Shown: piece after piece, positions 29,265 through 30,679 of the stretch
Position numbering within the stretch: position 1 is the first letter of the stretch
Layout: every line of letters begins with the position of its first letter
Assembly: GCA_036339465.1 (NCBI GenBank)
Contig: JAYZAY010000022.1
Span: 1-30,679 of the forward strand
DNA length: 30,679 bases
DNA from: Myxococcota bacterium
Lineage (GTDB): Bacteria > Myxococcota > XYA12-FULL-58-9 > JABJBS01
Direction of reading: 5' to 3'
The notes under the pieces: generated by a model
What the model was told of the DNA's origin: nothing
What the model saw: the letters and a program-made list of their open reading frames with translations, nothing else
The model's database searches: none
Position numbers and translations under genes: made by a program

Positions 29265-30323
29265 ATGACGCTGGAGTCGCTGGTCTTTGCCTCAGCGCAG
29301 AGCCAGTTTCCCATTGGAGAGGGCGGAGGCGAGACCATCATTCGAGACCTTCTCCTGGCTCTGCACAACCGGGGCATACAAGTAGAATCCGATGGAGTGT
29401 GGAACCCAGAGCAGCACTCGCAGCTAGCACAAAACGTCTCTCAGCTTGGGGGAGCTCTGGAGATGTCGCAAGACGGAACTGCCTGTTGTTATAACCTGAA
29501 CTACAATACGCGTCTCGTACCGAGACATGCCTTTGCACAATTGGTGGACGAACAAATAGCCCAGACCGACTCCCAAGTGGTCCTCATCCAGGGCATGGAT
29601 TCCTGGGAGGCCATTGCCGCAGCCAAAAGACAGGGTCGGTTTCCCGTTTTCTACACTCAGAACGGGCGAGAGCTCGAGACCTATCCCGAGGCCAGAACAC
29701 TTCCACTGGTGCTGGCGAACTCCAAATACTTTCAGGCCCGGATGCGGAGCGAGTACGAAATACCTGTAGAGCTCTTGTATCCAGCGGTAGACCTGGACAA
29801 ATACCGGGTGAAAGAGAACAGCCGCCGCTACATCACCATGATTAATCCAGTGGTAATCAAGGGCATTGCCTATGCACTCAAGCTCGCTCTGGCGTATCCT
29901 GAGCGGGAATTCCTGGTCGTCGAAGGTTGGGGAACTCCACCCGACATTCTCTCTGTGATCGAGCGGATCCCTAACGTGACCTGGTGGGACAAACAACTGG
30001 ACATGCGCACAGTCTACTCCCAGACCGACATGCTCCTGGTCCCCTCCCAGTGGGACGAGGCCTTTGGCCGAGTGATCACCGAGGCCCAGATCAACGGAAT
30101 CCCAGTACTCGCCAGCCGGGTGGGAGGGATTCCAGAATCCCTCGGGCCAGGAGGCGTCATGGTCGACGAAATCCAGAGCCCCCAGGCCTGGTCGCGAGGC
30201 CTGGCCGAGGTGATACTTCGCTACGACGAGCTCGCAGTACGTGCCGAAGAGCACGCGGCTCAATTCTCCAGTTCTCGAGCGGCGGAGCGCCTACTCGAGA
30301 TCCTCGAAGACAGAGTGGATTGA
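29265..30323 (+). CDS. Glycosyltransferase family 4 (GT-B)
   Basis: GGGE, LANSKY, INPVVIKG and LLVPSQWDEAFGRVITEAQINGIPVLASRVGGIPE (Ex7E motif). GGAG RBS upstream. Confidence 0.92.
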   Translation: MTLESLVFASAQSQFPIGEGGGETIIRDLLLALHNRGIQVESDGVWNPEQHSQLAQNVSQLGGALEMSQDGTACCYNLNYNTRLVPRHAFAQLVDEQIAQTDSQVVLIQGMDSWEAIAAAKRQGRFPVFYTQNGRELETYPEARTLPLVLANSKYFQARMRSEYEIPVELLYPAVDLDKYRVKENSRRYITMINPVVIKGIAYALKLALAYPEREFLVVEGWGTPPDILSVIERIPNVTWWDKQLDMRTVYSQTDMLLVPSQWDEAFGRVITEAQINGIPVLASRVGGIPESLGPGGVMVDEIQSPQAWSRGLAEVILRYDELAVRAEEHAAQFSSSRAAERLLEILEDRVD

Positions 30324-30576
30324 GGAAAGGAAGGAAGAGGAAAGGAAGAGGAAGTAGGAAGCAAGGAAGAATTAGGAAGAGGAAGAATTAAGGAAGAAGG
30401 AAGAATTAAGCAGGAAAGGAAGAATTAGGAAGAATTAGGAAGAAGGAAGAATTAGGAAGAATTAAGGAAGAATTAAGCAGGAAGCTTAGTGAGGAAGAAG
30501 GAAGAATTAAGCAGGAAGCTTAGTGAAGCTTAGTGTGAAGGAAGCTTAGTGGCATGGTTCTTGATTTCATCCAGGT
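30324..30576 (+). repeat. Second purine-rich array, (A)GGAAGAATTAAGCAGGAAGCTTAGTG...
   Basis: Starts directly after the GT4 stop codon. Many truncated units (GGAAG, GGAAGAATTA, GGAAGAATTAAG, ...CAGGAAGCTTAGTG) lead into the transposase leader. Confidence 0.95.
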
Positions 30577-30679
30577 ATGAATTCACCCAAGATATGCCAT
30601 CACGTCCGCTCTATTGAATCAAATTGTGCCTACCACATCATGAGTAAAACATGGGGTGGGCTCTATCTGATGGCTCCCA
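30577..30679 (+). mobile_element. Second copy of the Y1 HUH transposase 5' end (runs off the window)
   Basis: MNSPKICHHVRSIESNCAYHIMSKTWGGLYLMAP. About 10 mismatches in 103 nt versus 28645 onward (manual count). Confidence 0.85.

Noticed and set aside
29424..30263. 279-aa minus-strand ORF
   Set aside because: Antisense shadow of the well-supported GT4 gene, with no motifs.
27595..30679. Integron cassette array
   Set aside because: No tyrosine integrase is present, and I could not identify RYYYAAC...GTTRRRY attC palindromes after the cargo genes.

Overview
Bacterial accessory region. The myxobacterial-type Cys-rich repeats and lipoproteins suggest Myxococcota/Deltaproteobacteria (inference). 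Left part (0.3-8.3 kb): a lipoprotein ImpA/M60-like zinc metalloprotease with a Cys-rich stalk, an IS91-type remnant, a decayed exported-protein gene and two hypothetical exported proteins. Centre (8.5-25.7 kb): an unusual lipid/polyketide cluster comprising a JmjC oxygenase, an OleC-like adenylating enzyme, a membrane protein, a 2338-aa FAAL-ACP-KS-AT-pseudoDH-ACP-TE PKS, a KSIII, an ATP-grasp enzyme, an OleD/3-beta-HSD-like reductase, a frameshifted AUP1/LPCAT-like acyltransferase and a GNAT/Fem-like protein. Right part (26-30.7 kb): a decayed IS91-family transposase, then two tandem units with the same scaffold (86-bp block, cargo gene, purine-rich stutter array, truncated Y1/HUH transposase) but different cargo (a methyltransferase versus a GT4 glycosyltransferase). 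No rRNA, tRNA or CRISPR array was found. All family calls come from motif recognition by eye, not from database searches.
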